NCBI GenBank assembly: GCA_002269645.1
Contig: NIVC01000083.1
Coordinates: 530,101 to 594,100 of the forward strand
DNA length: 64,000 bases
Reading direction: 5' to 3'
DNA from: Macrostomum lignano
Lineage: Eukaryota
A model generated the notes under the pieces. That model searched no databases. It was not told the origin of the DNA and saw only the letters and a program-made list of their open reading frames with translations. The position numbers were made by a program, and so were the translations under genes. This document shows positions 1 to 13,300 of this stretch, piece after piece; within the stretch, counting starts at the first letter, position 1; each line of letters starts with the position of its first letter.

Positions 1-1834
1 GCAATTTATCCTTAGTCTACTATAATTTACACTACAATAGCTAGATTGGCCAGGTTGGCCAGCAGTTACATATGCTTTATATATATTTAGATTTATAAAA
101 TCCAATATACTAAAAATATATACTAAACAATTACTAGCTAACCTAGCTAATTTGGGTAGCATAAATTGTGGTATACCAAGATTAAATTTTAAATGGAAAA
201 CAGAAAATTTTTGTTAATAATCATTACCAAATATCCAACTATTTTTTATTCTTGACAAAGCTTGTGTAGGCCTATCAAAAGAAAGATTAAGTGCACATAT
301 TCATATATTTATACCATAGGGCATAGGTTATACTTTTTAAGTCTAATAATATATTTGATATTATATCTATCTATATTATTATTATATAAAATTGGTCTAG
401 CAAAGTCTAACACAGAAAAGGTATCCAGCATAGTTTAGACCATGGTCTCAATAGGAATCTTAACCATTTATACATAGTCATATATAGCTTGTATATATAT
501 TCATCTGTTAGATATATGTTATCTAATCACAAAATATAATCAAAATCAATATACCATAGAAATAATTTAACATGCGAAACTACAGGATAGCCAAAAGTTA
601 TTTTAACTGTATTCCCAATTGGCAATTGTTAACCCTATACTATATACCTATGAATCACTATCCAATTAATAAGATCTTTCAAAAGGTAAATGGATCCAGT
701 AGACTAATAGTAGAGCCTACGCTTAACTAGAAATTTTATACTTAAATTGTTTTAGTCATATATTTTCGGCTAAATAAGTAGGCCTAGCTCAAAGATGTTA
801 GGGCCTATCTATCATTTCATTTATATCATTTAGGCCTATTCATTTATCATTTATAAAACCATTTATAGCTAGTCAAAGAAAAACTAATAGGCCTAAATAT
901 TTTGCTTGAACCCTTTCAGGTCTTTCATACCGGATCATGATTTAGTACAGTACTGTACTATCGATTCGTATCGTAGTATCTCAATATTATATTATTGCTT
1001 TAAGAAATTGCTTGTTGAGAGGCATTTTGAACCAATAGCTGCTCAAAAGTGACCTGTTAAAACAACAGACACAGAAAAAAAGGCCCCAAAACTCGATATA
1101 AGGCTATATTAGTTGCTATATATTGCTTAAATTGCTTTTAAAAAAGTTTTCTGTGATAAATTTTATAATTCAAACCCACGAAATTAAAAACTTGGGAAGC
1201 ATTCATTCTTAATTTGAAAATTGATAATTCAAGGAAACGATCGATATAAAATTCAGTGTCCAATGTTTTTTTTCTGTTTTTGTCACATTTCAAAACAAAA
1301 AATCTTTGACCTGAAATCCTATCAATAATATTATTTCTTTTTTACTGATAGACTGTTTTAATACATATTTTTAAACCATACATATGCAGAATTAGGAAAA
1401 GAAAGTGACAGCTTAGTAGCAGTCTTTATTGTTAAATAGATAGAAAGTTGTCGAAAAAAATAATTTGTCCTTATGCTATTCTGAACTAGAAATTCGTTTT
1501 TATGCTTATTTTTTTTATATTTCCTAGTTAATATTTTTTTCATTCATTCAAGCAACTGTTCGCTTGCAAACAATAAAAAATACTACTGCACTGTGTGTCT
1601 GTCAAAATTATTTAGTAAATGGCTTTACGATTACCACTTGGTATCTTTGCTTCTGAAAAAAACTATTTTAATGACTAAAATTTTATGAATTCATTCAAAC
1701 CGCGAAATAAATCCCTATAGAACATTGAGGAAACTTTAAGCTAACAAATAAACTTTGCCATATAATTTTGTCTAAATTTATGGAGCTTTATCAGATTCAG
1801 CTACTTTATTGAATGCCATAAATGAAACTTTCAG

Positions 1835-4288
1835 CCGTCAAAGTTGCGCAACTGTCTTCCACGCTGCTGCCTTGGTGTCGGCGGCGCTGGTCAGAAGCCG
1901 TCGACCAGCTCGAATGCCCCCGATGAGGACATTGTTCACTCTCAACAACAGCTGCATAAGCATTTCAAGTCCAATTCCCAAATCGGCGGCCTTAATTTAG
2001 CCAATCCAGATGATCTGGTGCGACCGGAGTCCGAAGAAGAAGTCGATAGATGCTTCAATGAAATCATTGTGAGTTGTGTCGAATATTGAAACCTACAGTT
2101 GATTAAAAAAACAGATTAAAACAATAAGAACGAAAATCTTTCCAATCAAGGACGATCTGTTTGACAGTGCCGAAGCCAAGGAAAAGGCGGCCTCTCTACC
2201 GTTGGAGAAAAAATGGCAGCTTTATGTTGTATATCAGGCTAATGTGAGTAGCTCTTAGTGTGTGTGCCAGATTGGGAATAAAATCATTGTCCTAACTCAT
2301 GATCCCAACTCATGATCCCAACTCATGATCCCAACTCATGATCCCAACTCATGATCCCAACTCATGATCCCAACTCATGATCCCAACTTACAATCCTCAC
2401 AGCTCATGATCCTCAAAACCCACGATTCTCATCACTCATAATCTTCAAAACTCATGATCTCAACTCATGATCCCAACTCATGATCCCAACTCATGATCCC
2501 AACTCGTGATCCCAACTTACAATCCTCACAGCTCATGATCCTCAAAACCCATGATTCTCATCACTCATAATCTTCAAAACTCATGATCTCAACTCATGAT
2601 CCCAACTCATAAACCAAACTCAAGATCCCAACTCATAAACCAAACTCAAGATCCCAACTCATGATCCCAACTTACAATCCTCACAGCTCATGATCCTCAA
2701 AACCCATGATTCTCATCACTTATAATCTTCAAAACTCATGATCTCAACTCATGATCCCAACTCATGATCCTCACAACTCCTGATCCTCACAACTCCTGAT
2801 CCTCACAACTCATGATCCTCACAACTCATGATCCCAACTCATGATCCTCACAGCTCATGATCCTCACAACTCATGATTCTCATCACTCATTATCATCAAA
2901 ACTCATGATCCCAACTCATAATCCTTACAACTCATGATCCTCACAACCCATGATCCTCACAACCCATGATCCTCACAACTCATGTTACCAACTCGGGACC
3001 TTAGTGAATGGATCGCATGATCTATAATTCCGTGTAAAAGACGGTATTCATGTACTAATAGAAGCAACTTTCAAACAACTAAAAGAAAGCCATCTCAAAA
3101 AGAAAAGCCAACGCAATAATTGGTTGAACCTGTCAATCAATCAATACGTTCCATCTACTCCAAATACAACTGCTAAATTAGTTACTTTCATCCACAATTT
3201 CGGTGTTTTAGTTGTGCTTGTCTTACCTGACAAGCGGACATACCGGTATGTTGCTATTTTTAGAAACACGAACTAATATTTTCTAAACTGCTTTTTGGAT
3301 GAGGCCAGAAAAAATCCTTATCTCCTAAGCTCATCCCGGATTACCAAATAAGGCCCATACCTGCAATGTACCCAACTCTAATCCCTGCCAAAGCTGCTTC
3401 TAACAAATCAAAAATCTATATTTTTTGGCTAGAGTTGACGCCAAAACTAAAAGTTTGATACCGAATAAAAATTGTCAAGCAACAGCTGGTGCATTAAGCT
3501 TTAATCCTGCATGGATTAAATCTGCAACCATATTGACAGCCAAGTGTAAGCTTAGGTTTCTTAGCTTTTGTGTGCAATTGAGACTTTGTCAATTACGTAT
3601 AATCCTTAGGGCGTTGCCCCCCCCCCCTAATTCTACTCCCTCTCGTCGCCCTCTGCACTGGGGGATGAGGTCGGGGCGGACAAAATCATAGTGCATGGAG
3701 CATAAATATGCATATTGCCAGATCCTCTGCACATTTACAGCGTAACTGTACTCAGCTACTCCCCCCTCCTTCTCCCCCACTATCCTCCCTTCCACGTCTC
3801 AGCCATGCATATTTTTCTCCCTGGCTAAAGCAGCAGCAGCATATAGTCGGGTGAGGGAACAATCTAAAAAATGGAGCAAACTTAAACAATAGCTATATAG
3901 TTGAGTATGCCTTCCCATTGGCATTCTTGACCAACGCTTCAATATATGCTTTCCGTTATTGTTAAAACCGCGAAATACTCAAGCAAGCTCTTTTGGGGCT
4001 GGGTTACGTACAGTATGCCAGACTATTGACTGACTGACTTGAGGAAGAAAGTTGAAAGCAACAGAACAAGAAGAAACGGAGCAAATATTTTTTGAATTTA
4101 ATCTTTATAAGTAAATCGCATTTAAGCGTTTCTCAAGTACGAGCGTACTGTTGAGCGACTTTCACTCAATTTTATATAACTGTCGATCAGATGTTCATGG
4201 CTATAGTTGATATAGAACAGAGTTGCTTGTTAATCTCCAGCTAAACAAAGTCACGTGATTCAGCTTAAACAGTGACGAGAAAACTGCC

Positions 4289-4325
<37 letters not shown>

Positions 4326-7300
4326 ATTGCTGCGCACTGATTTAGCGATGTATTCTGATTGGCTGGTGGAGAGAATACTGTGTACCCCAAACAGACTGGG
4401 TGGGGGGCTGGTTTATACTGGGGTGGGGTGCTGGTCTAGACTGGGATGGGGGGCTGGCCTAGACTGGGGTGGGGGGCTGGCCTAGAATGGGGTGGGGGCT
4501 GGTCTAGACTGGGATGGGGGCTGGCCTAGACTGGGGTGGGGGCTGGCCTAGAATGGGGTGGGGGCTGGCCTAGACTGGGGTGGGGGCTGGCCTAGAATGG
4601 GGTGGGGGCTGGCCTAGACTGGGGTGGGGGCTGGCCTAGACTGGGGTGGGGGCTGGCCTAGAATGGGGTGGGGGCTGGTCTAGACTGGGATGGGGGCTGG
4701 CCTAGACTGGGGTGGGGGCTGGCCTAGAATGGGGTGGGGGCTGGCCTAGACTGGGATGGGGGGCTGGCCTAGACTGGGGTGGGGTGCTGGTCTAGACTGG
4801 GATGGGGGGCTGGCCTAGACTGGGGTGGGGCTGGCCTAGAATGGGGTGGGGGCTGGCCTAGAATGGGGTGGGGGCTGGCCTAGACTGGGGTGGGGGCTGG
4901 CCTAGAATGGGGTGGGGGCTGGCCTAGACTGGGGTGGGGGCTGGCCTAGACTGGGGTGGGGGCTGGCCTAGAATGGGGTGGGGGCTGGTCTAGACTGGGA
5001 TGGGGGGCTGGCCTAGACTGGGGTGGGGGCTGGCCTAGAATGGGGTGGGGGCTGGTCTAGACTGGGATGGGGGGCTGGCCTAGACTGGGGTGGGGTGCTG
5101 GTCTAGACTGGGATGGGGGGCTGGCCTAGACTGGGGTGGGGGGCTGGCTGGGGTGGGGTGCTGGTCTAGACTGGGATGGGGGGCTGGCCTAGACTGGGGT
5201 GGGGGCTGGCCTAGAATGGGGTGGGGGCTGGTCTAGACTGGGATGGGGGGCTGGCCTAGACTGGGGTGGGGGCTGGCCTAGAATGGGGTGGGGGCTGGCC
5301 TAGACTGGGGTGGGGGCTGGCCTAGAATGGGGTGGGGGCTGGCCTAGACTGGGGTGGGGGCTGGCCTAGACTGGGGTGGGGGCTGGCCTAGACTGGGGTG
5401 GGGGCTGGCCTAGACTGGGGTGGGGGCTGGCCTAGACTGGGATGGGGGTGGCCTAGACTGGGGTGGGGTGTTGGTCTAGACTGGGGTGGGGTGTTTGTCT
5501 AGACTGGGATGGGGGGGCTGGCCTGGACTGCAACGCACCGGTCAACCCGAGTGGTGACACTCCTGGCCGAGCATGGTCTATGGCAAAACCCCATTTACAT
5601 GTACTCGTAATGCAATGGAACATTGTAAAATTCATTTATTTGTTGCACGCAAATGTGGATTCACGAGTAGTATGCTCAATTAGAGAACGCATAGCGCAAA
5701 ATGGGGTCTCGCCATGGACGAATTCGAAAAAAAATCCGCGCTAGTGAAATCCCATTAGTATATATTGGAATTTAAAGTTACAATCTACAGTAAAAAATTT
5801 TTCTATTTTGTCGTGTAACTGCGAAAACTTAATTTTTTTAAACTAAATCCTAAACTAAACAAAAAACACGATTCTATTTCGGACTGGACAAAGGGCCGTC
5901 TTAATTTGATCGACCCCAGTGACCTGTCTACTTAGTGCATAGAATTTGTTAATTTGTGCATTCTATTATGCAGATTTTGTCCAGGTAACTCGAAAAACCC
6001 TGAGAAAGTTGATATTGGAACAGTCATGTTGACAAAAGAAGTTTAGATGCGGACTTTTTTTGCTTCTGGTTTCTAGTGAAAAAGACCGACCCTAAACACT
6101 ACCGAGGTAATTAGTTCATTAGATAATTAGCTTTCTTCGATTTCGAAGAATCAACGCTGCCTTTTCAACCTGAACAAAATGCAGCTCGTAAATTACCATT
6201 TCGCTGATCCCAACTCATGATCCCAACTTATGATTCCAACTCATAATCCCAATTCATAATCCCAACTCATGATCCCAACTTATGATTCCAAACCCATAAT
6301 CCCAATTCATGATCCCAACTCATGATCCCAACTCATGATCCCAACTCATGATCCCAACCCATGATCCCAACTCATGATCCCAACACATGATCCCAACACA
6401 TTATCCCAACTCATGATCCTTTGTTATGACTAACCTTTTGGCCCCTAACAACTTGTTTTTTGTTTGGATCATAAAAGCATTGAATAATTAGCTGTGCTTG
6501 TGTAAATTTGCTAAACAAGTTTATTTCCGTAAGTTAATCGCGGCTTATAGAACGCGTATAGCTAGTTCTATTACAATATAAGCGGCTGTTATAAGTTGCT
6601 TCACACCTAGCGGAAAGCTTATACAAAGGCAAATAATAAATAACGCACAGACATAAAAACCAACTGGAACCCAAATGGAGTTACATGTAGCTACATGTAG
6701 TTACAATTTTTTTCACCTATTTATATATTCGACCAAGAGGAATGGCTTCGGCATTGAACACTGTTTTATAAGCACCGCTTGTACCTTGTAAATATGTATA
6801 TAGTGTTACTTCTGACTGATTGCAACACACTATATAGGAGTTGACAGGCAGTCAAAGTGTCTCTTGAGAGGCGTCAAGTGCCAGTAGGGACAGAGCTGGC
6901 TAATAAAGGACAGGCTAACAGGTGGCCTGGATATTTTGTTAAAGGCTTGTGAAGAGACAAAAAGCATGAGAGATAATCTCGGAGTCAATAGTGATAATTA
7001 TTGTATTAATAATAATATTTGCAGGAGAGCTTTGGGCACGATTCCGCTGGCTCCTGAGCCAGGCACATAAAATCAGGCCATGGGGTTGGCCCTCATGGGT
7101 CCATTCCAAATCCGGAACCGGAATCGATTTCAAATGCATCTATTAGCACTTTTAGAACGCACCGTTATTTATTAGTAGTTACCTGTCCGTCCTGATATTG
7201 GTAAAATACTCCAAAAATCCCCAATCGAAAAATTTCTATCAAATTTTAGCCAACTTTCACAGAGTTGAAACACATTCCGGATCAGTTATTTGGTAAATCA

Positions 7301-10300
7301 ACTTTAATAACTTTTTTTTTTGCAATGGCAGCGCAATCAAGTAGATTGAGTAGGCAGTGCGAGAGCAATTAACGCATTACCAAACCTGCGATTCCGCTTT
7401 TTTCGGCTCATTTTTCATTCCTCTGATCAATTGCATTTTTCGAGTGTGCGCCCTTAGCGACTTCAATAACAGTTCGCAACATTATACGGTCACAGTGCTG
7501 CAATTATGCGCGAACTTACCTACTGATTAACGAGTCTAACAGTAGTAAGCTTTGCATTTTATTTACCCAAAATAATGAAACTGTGTTTTTCTGATTTAAT
7601 TTTTCACTATTTTAGGACAATTCTAACAGCGAAAACAAGAACCAGCTGTCAGTCTATCTTTACTATTTGAAGCTGATGTCACAGGTAAGAATTTTCATTG
7701 GGAAACAGGACTGAGGCTGTGATAAAATAGGAAAATATTGCTCGTATTCTCAGCCAATCAGAAATCAGCTGCACACCCTCCCCCATCCCCAACCCCCATA
7801 ACCTTCAGCGCATGGTTGTAGACGACTCTCCCGCTCGCCTATTGGACGGCTTGGCAGCTTCGCTCCGCTCTCAGCCAATCAGCTTCGTTCGCGCTTTCCT
7901 AGACGGCGGCGGCCTGGACGCCCTAGCCGAGGTGCTGGCCATAGACAGCTACGACGATGCGATAGCGGTGAGCCTCCTGCGCTGCCTCTACTGCGCTATG
8001 AACAGCCAGTTAGGCAGAGACGCAGTTTCCGAGCATCCCAGCTTAGCCGACTCGTTGCTAGGCGCCCTAGTAACCAAAGTGAACAGCCACGCCAAGCTGT
8101 ACGCTAGCAACATGCTAGCCGTGCTAGCTTTGGGCCCCGGCTGGCATCGGGTCATGCGAGCCTTTGATCGACAAGCTATCGCTGGTGGTCGACGATTTCA
8201 CTTGCTGGTTCGCGAGCTGGCCTGGGCGGTCAGCGTTGACCTTGCAGTGTCCCTGCTGGCGCTGATCAACGCCCTGCTGCACTGTGCGCCACCGACTCAT
8301 CAGACAACGCTCCTCCGCGCTTCTAGCGATCGGTCAGTCGATCAGCATCTGCGTCAAAGTCAGCTGCGTCGACGATTGCTGCTCCGCGCCGACCTGCGCC
8401 GCTGGGGCATCGACCAGCTGCTGGCGGAGTCGCCACATCGTCAGGCGCCGAATTTCGCTCGCCAGTGCGACGCGTTTCGCAGTCTGGCAGCCGACGACGC
8501 CGCCGAGATGGCCGCCTGGCTGTCGGAGTCGACGCCAGATTCGAACGATCTTGCCTCTACCATAGAGATGCTTGACGACGGTTGTCATGGACGCGCGATG
8601 CTGGAGAGTTGCGGCCTGATGCTGGCCGAGAGGCGGCAAGCACGGCTTCGACTGGCCGCCCTCATGATGGAGCAACTGTGCCAACAGCCTGCAGCTGACA
8701 TTGACTATCCCGATGTTGTCGATGTCGACGAAGTTGACGGAACCGTCGATGAAAATGACTCAACAATTCGTCTGCTGCCTGGTTTATGCGTAAATCGGGT
8801 AGAGCGCCGACTCGAGGAGCTGGAGACGGAACTTGGCAAGCTGTCAGAGCAGATCGACGAGCTTCGACACCGGGGTCAGCTGATGCAGGAAGATCTGGAA
8901 GCTGGAAAGCGATCGCTGGCCGGAAAGGATCAGCTGTTGGAAGCGCAAGCCATGGAGATTGACCGGCTGAGGGAAACAGTGAAGCTACTGGAGTCGCGCA
9001 TGGTGACTAAAGGTGATTGAAAGTGGATTTCGAGCGGACTATCTAAGGTTGGGGTCAAGGTTGGAGGACTGTCTAGGGTCGGGGTCAAGGTCGGAGAACT
9101 GTCTAGGGTCTGGGCTAAGTCCGGAGGACTGTCTAGGGTCGGGGTCAAGGTCGGAGGACTGTCTAGGGTCTGGGCTAAGTCCAGAGGACTGTCTAGGGTC
9201 GGGGTCAAGGCCGGAGGACTGTCTAGGGTCTGGGCTAAGTCCGGAGGACTGTCTAGGGTCGGGGTCAAGGTCGGAGGACTGTCTAGGGTTGGGGTCAAGG
9301 TCGGAGGACTGTCTAGGGTCTGGGCTAAGTCCGGAGGACTGTCTAGGGTCGGGGTCAAGGTCGGAGGACTGTCTAGGGTCTGGGCTAAGTCCAGAGGACT
9401 GTCTAGGGTCGGGGTCAAGGTCGGAGGACTGTCTAGGGTCGGGGTCAAGGTCGGAGGACTGTCTAGGGTCTGGGCTAAGTCCGGAGGACTGTCTAGGGTC
9501 GGGGTCAAGGTCGGAGGACTGTCTAGGGTCTGGGCTAAGTCCGGAGGACTGTCTAGGGTCGGGGTCAAGGCCGGAGGACTGTCTAGGGTCTGGGCTAAGT
9601 CCGGAGGACTGTCTAGGGTCGGGGTCAAGGTCGGAGGACTGTCTAGGGTCGGGGTCAAGGCCGAAGGACTGTCTAGGGTCTGTGCTAAGTCCGGAGGACT
9701 GTCTAGGGTTGAGGTCAAGGCCGGAGTACTGTCTAGGGTCGGTATCATGGTCGAACTTACTGGAGGCGTGGTCAAAGACTGACTGTCTAGGGACAGGGTC
9801 AAGCGCAGAATGTCAAGCGTCGGGGTCAGGAGGTCTAGACCGACAGTAAAGACAAAGACCTTGAAAAATTACCGCTTCTGGTGTCAAAACTGAACATCGC
9901 AGCGTTATTTAAACAAATTCAACTTTTAGACAAAACCGATGCGACTTCTTCGTCAGCTCCTCCGGCACCTCCGCCAGCACCGCCTCCAGCTCCACCGCCG
10001 CCACCACCGCCACCGCCGCCGCCGCCGCCGCCGCCACCGCCGCCACCGGGCGGTCCGCCAGCCTCCGGCACTGCGGCCCCGAAATTCGCCAGGCCTCGTG
10101 TCCGAGTTCGCCGATTTCACGCACCGCTGCTGCAGTCGGAGCCTGGCTCAGACAGCCTGTGGTCTCGGGTCAGCGTTGAGCAGGTGACGCTAAAGTGGCA
10201 AACTGTGTACTCTTGTCTTCTGTTTCGTGCTTGGTTTTTAGGTGTACGGTTTTCTATGGTTTCCATAGTAGGAGCCTCAATCAGTAAAATTTTGCGATCA

Positions 10301-13300
10301 ATTAACCAAACAATCAATTCAATCAATCTGCGAATAAAAAAATAAATCTTTCAGTCACACATAAATCAATAAATCATTCAATCACACATAAATCAATAAG
10401 TCAATACAACAACAACAACAAAATACGCTGTCATGATGGTAAAAGTCAGCGTCACAGGGCGCGCTTCATGGCTTGGGCGCGAACAAAGGCCGCGCCACCG
10501 GCAGTGTCCGGGGCGCCGGCGTCAGCCAGCAGACAGTCGACATAACGCCGAGTTCGCGCTTGACCTCGCCGGTAGGGTGCCTGCAGCGTGAGCAGCAGCA
10601 CCTCCTGCACCGGCTGTGGGCAGTACGACTCGGCGCGGATGAGATGGCCTGCGAGCTGGAGTCGCCGACGGCGCAGTAGATCACTTGGACGTGGCAGGCC
10701 AGCGCGGCGATAGAGTGCCGCGTTGGTGACTCGCTCGACGCCGATGTTGAAGGCGGCGCGCAGCAGACCAGCGTGCGCCGCATCGACTTGCTGTTCGAGT
10801 GAGTCCGTCAGCGTCCGTCAGATAAGTCAATCAATCAGTCAATCAATCAGTCAGTCAGTCAATCAGTCAGTCAATCAAAAAATCAATAAGACAATTAATC
10901 AATCATTCGATCGATAAATAAACTAATCAATTATTGCATAATTAAGCAAACAATCAAAAAACTAATTGTCAGTCAATCAATCAGTCAATAAATCAATAAA
11001 TCAATCAATCAACAGGCCATCTCCGAGATCAATCTGCGCGATATTGAGCGAGCATTCGGCGACAAGCCGACAGCCTCGGACGACTTGGCGGACAGCGAAA
11101 ATCAGCTGTCGGCAGATGGACAGCAGGGCCAGCTTTCCCTATTGCACCAGCGGATGACTGACAACCAGCCGCCCGCAACCAGCCAGCATTTAAGCCAGCG
11201 TTCGTCAACTTCCTACGCGGAGATTCTGAGTCCGGAACGGCGGAAAGCCTTGGAGATTTTGTTGCAGAGCTTGCGAATGTCGCAGATTGACGATCAAAAA
11301 TTGATCGAAGCTGTGACCAGCATGGACGCTGAGAACTGCCTGTCCGGACACCTGTGTCAGCAGCTTCTAGCCGTTGCTATGCCAACGCAGGATGAAGCTG
11401 CGCAGTTGAAACGGGCAGCGTCTGCTAAGCTGCCACTGGTAAGATGCTTAGTAGATGTGGCATGCCCAAGTGGCCTTGTAGAAATGTCAATACTAAGTTT
11501 ACCCTTTTATAATTTCTGTTCACGTCGCCATCAATTGAGCCATCGCAACAGCACGACTAGTCTTCTACAAACTGACGAAAAAATTCATCGAGTTTACCCA
11601 ATGGAAACGGTACCTAAGCCAAGAAGCGTCCCAGAGTCACTTGGGTCGCCCCAGAGTCGTTTCAGAGTCATTGCAAATGACACAGGTAAATTAGGAAAGA
11701 AGTGACTCTAAACGAATCAAAAACGACGAGAAGTCACGGTACAAGTGGCAAAAAAGTCGTCAAAGAGTCATCTAAGAATCAATTTGAATCGTTTTATTGG
11801 CTGCAACTCTGAAACGACTCTGGAATCGTATTTGAGGCGTGCTAAAGTCTCTGTAGAGTAGTCACTGAGTTGTGTTTGAAGCGCATTTGCGTCGCTTGAT
11901 GAATTAGAGTTTCAACGGTGTTCTCCAATCGCTAAAAAGTCGCAGAAGAAGTGCTTTAGCGTCACTGTAGAATCGCTAGTGCGTCACTTCTGAGACGCTC
12001 TGGACGCGTTACAGAGTCGGATCGTTACAATTATGCAATAAACACTCAGTCCTATTGAACTTTACTTGCACTCTAGCTAGCCTATACATAAACGATTCTT
12101 GAATGAATTTCTTGCGATTCTTTTACGATTCTGCAACTCTGCCTCTCCGTTGCATGAGACGCGTTCGAGTCGTTAATAAGTCGCAAGAATCGCGACAGAG
12201 TTTCCAGAATAACAACAGAATTTTTAGCGATTATTGTCACGGCATCGTTTTCAACGGGTTATCCTTTTGTCCACAGCCCCACAGGCCTGCCATCAAGTAA
12301 TAGTTTAAATAAACTTTGCAAAAGCAACCTTGCATAGGTCCAATGCAGAAAAGTCTATTTACGAGTTGGGGCATCAACTTGCAGGCAGTACGACGATCGG
12401 TACGTATGATGCCGCCTGCCAACTGGAGTCGTCCACGGCTCAGGTCGATTGGCCGCTTCGTTGACGTCAAAATCGAGGCAATACACAAAATGCATAAATT
12501 AGCCCGATTGCATTGCATTAAGCTGGGTTTTTTTACCATAGACAAACTCAGTTGAAAACTGCTTCGTTTAGACTTTCAACCATAGATCTTATATTCCCTA
12601 GATAGGCCACTTTGTATTGCGGCAATGGGGAAAGTGCGACCGCTGTTTTTCGTCACTTGTGCTAAAAAACCCGAAATGGGTTGCTTAAATTTGAGTTCAG
12701 TAGCTTAGGGACATAGACGCTATTTTTTGAGAATTGAATAAAGCTTCGCATGAATTAATTAAAAAGCTACTCAATTGAACTAAGAATGATGAATTCACAT
12801 GAATTCACTGCAGAGACTTCTGACGAAATTGAGTTCAGTAGTTGATTTTCGCGCTGTCGCGAGAAGCAACATTTTTTACATTAGCTTCTATGGCCACATA
12901 ATTGGTTAATTAGTGGCCCATCTTGTGTATATATGGACTTCGCTTTCTTCCTAATTGCAAATTAAACAAGTATCGTATGGTCAAGTCAGTGCTAAAAAAT
13001 TGGAACCTTCCTACCTTGATATTGCATTTTTCGAGTGTAGCGAGTGTTAGCCCTTAAACATCTCAACTTACTTTTCATATCTCAGGGCCAAGCAGCAACT
13101 TTCATGCTGCGCCTCAGCTCGGCACCGCAGTTCACCGAGAAGCTCCGAGCTCTCGCCTTTCGTCACGGATTCGCCGAAAAGTCCATCGACTGCCGCAATC
13201 ACCTGGCGCTGCTGTCGGCTGCCTGTCGTCAAGCGCTGGAAAGTCGAGCCCTGAGGCGTCTCCTGACTTTGACAGCGGCCTTGGCGGCCCTACTTGGCCC

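Noticed and set aside
1619-1660. ATG at 1619 as the formin start exon
   Set aside because: Its likely donor (G|GTATCT) is phase 1, whereas the 1835 exon needs phase 0, so the start remains unresolved.
8930-9849. Long ORFs on both strands (TLDSPP / EDCLGSG repeats)
   Set aside because: They are translations of a 21-bp intronic minisatellite; the formin splices around it in phase (9012 to 9930).
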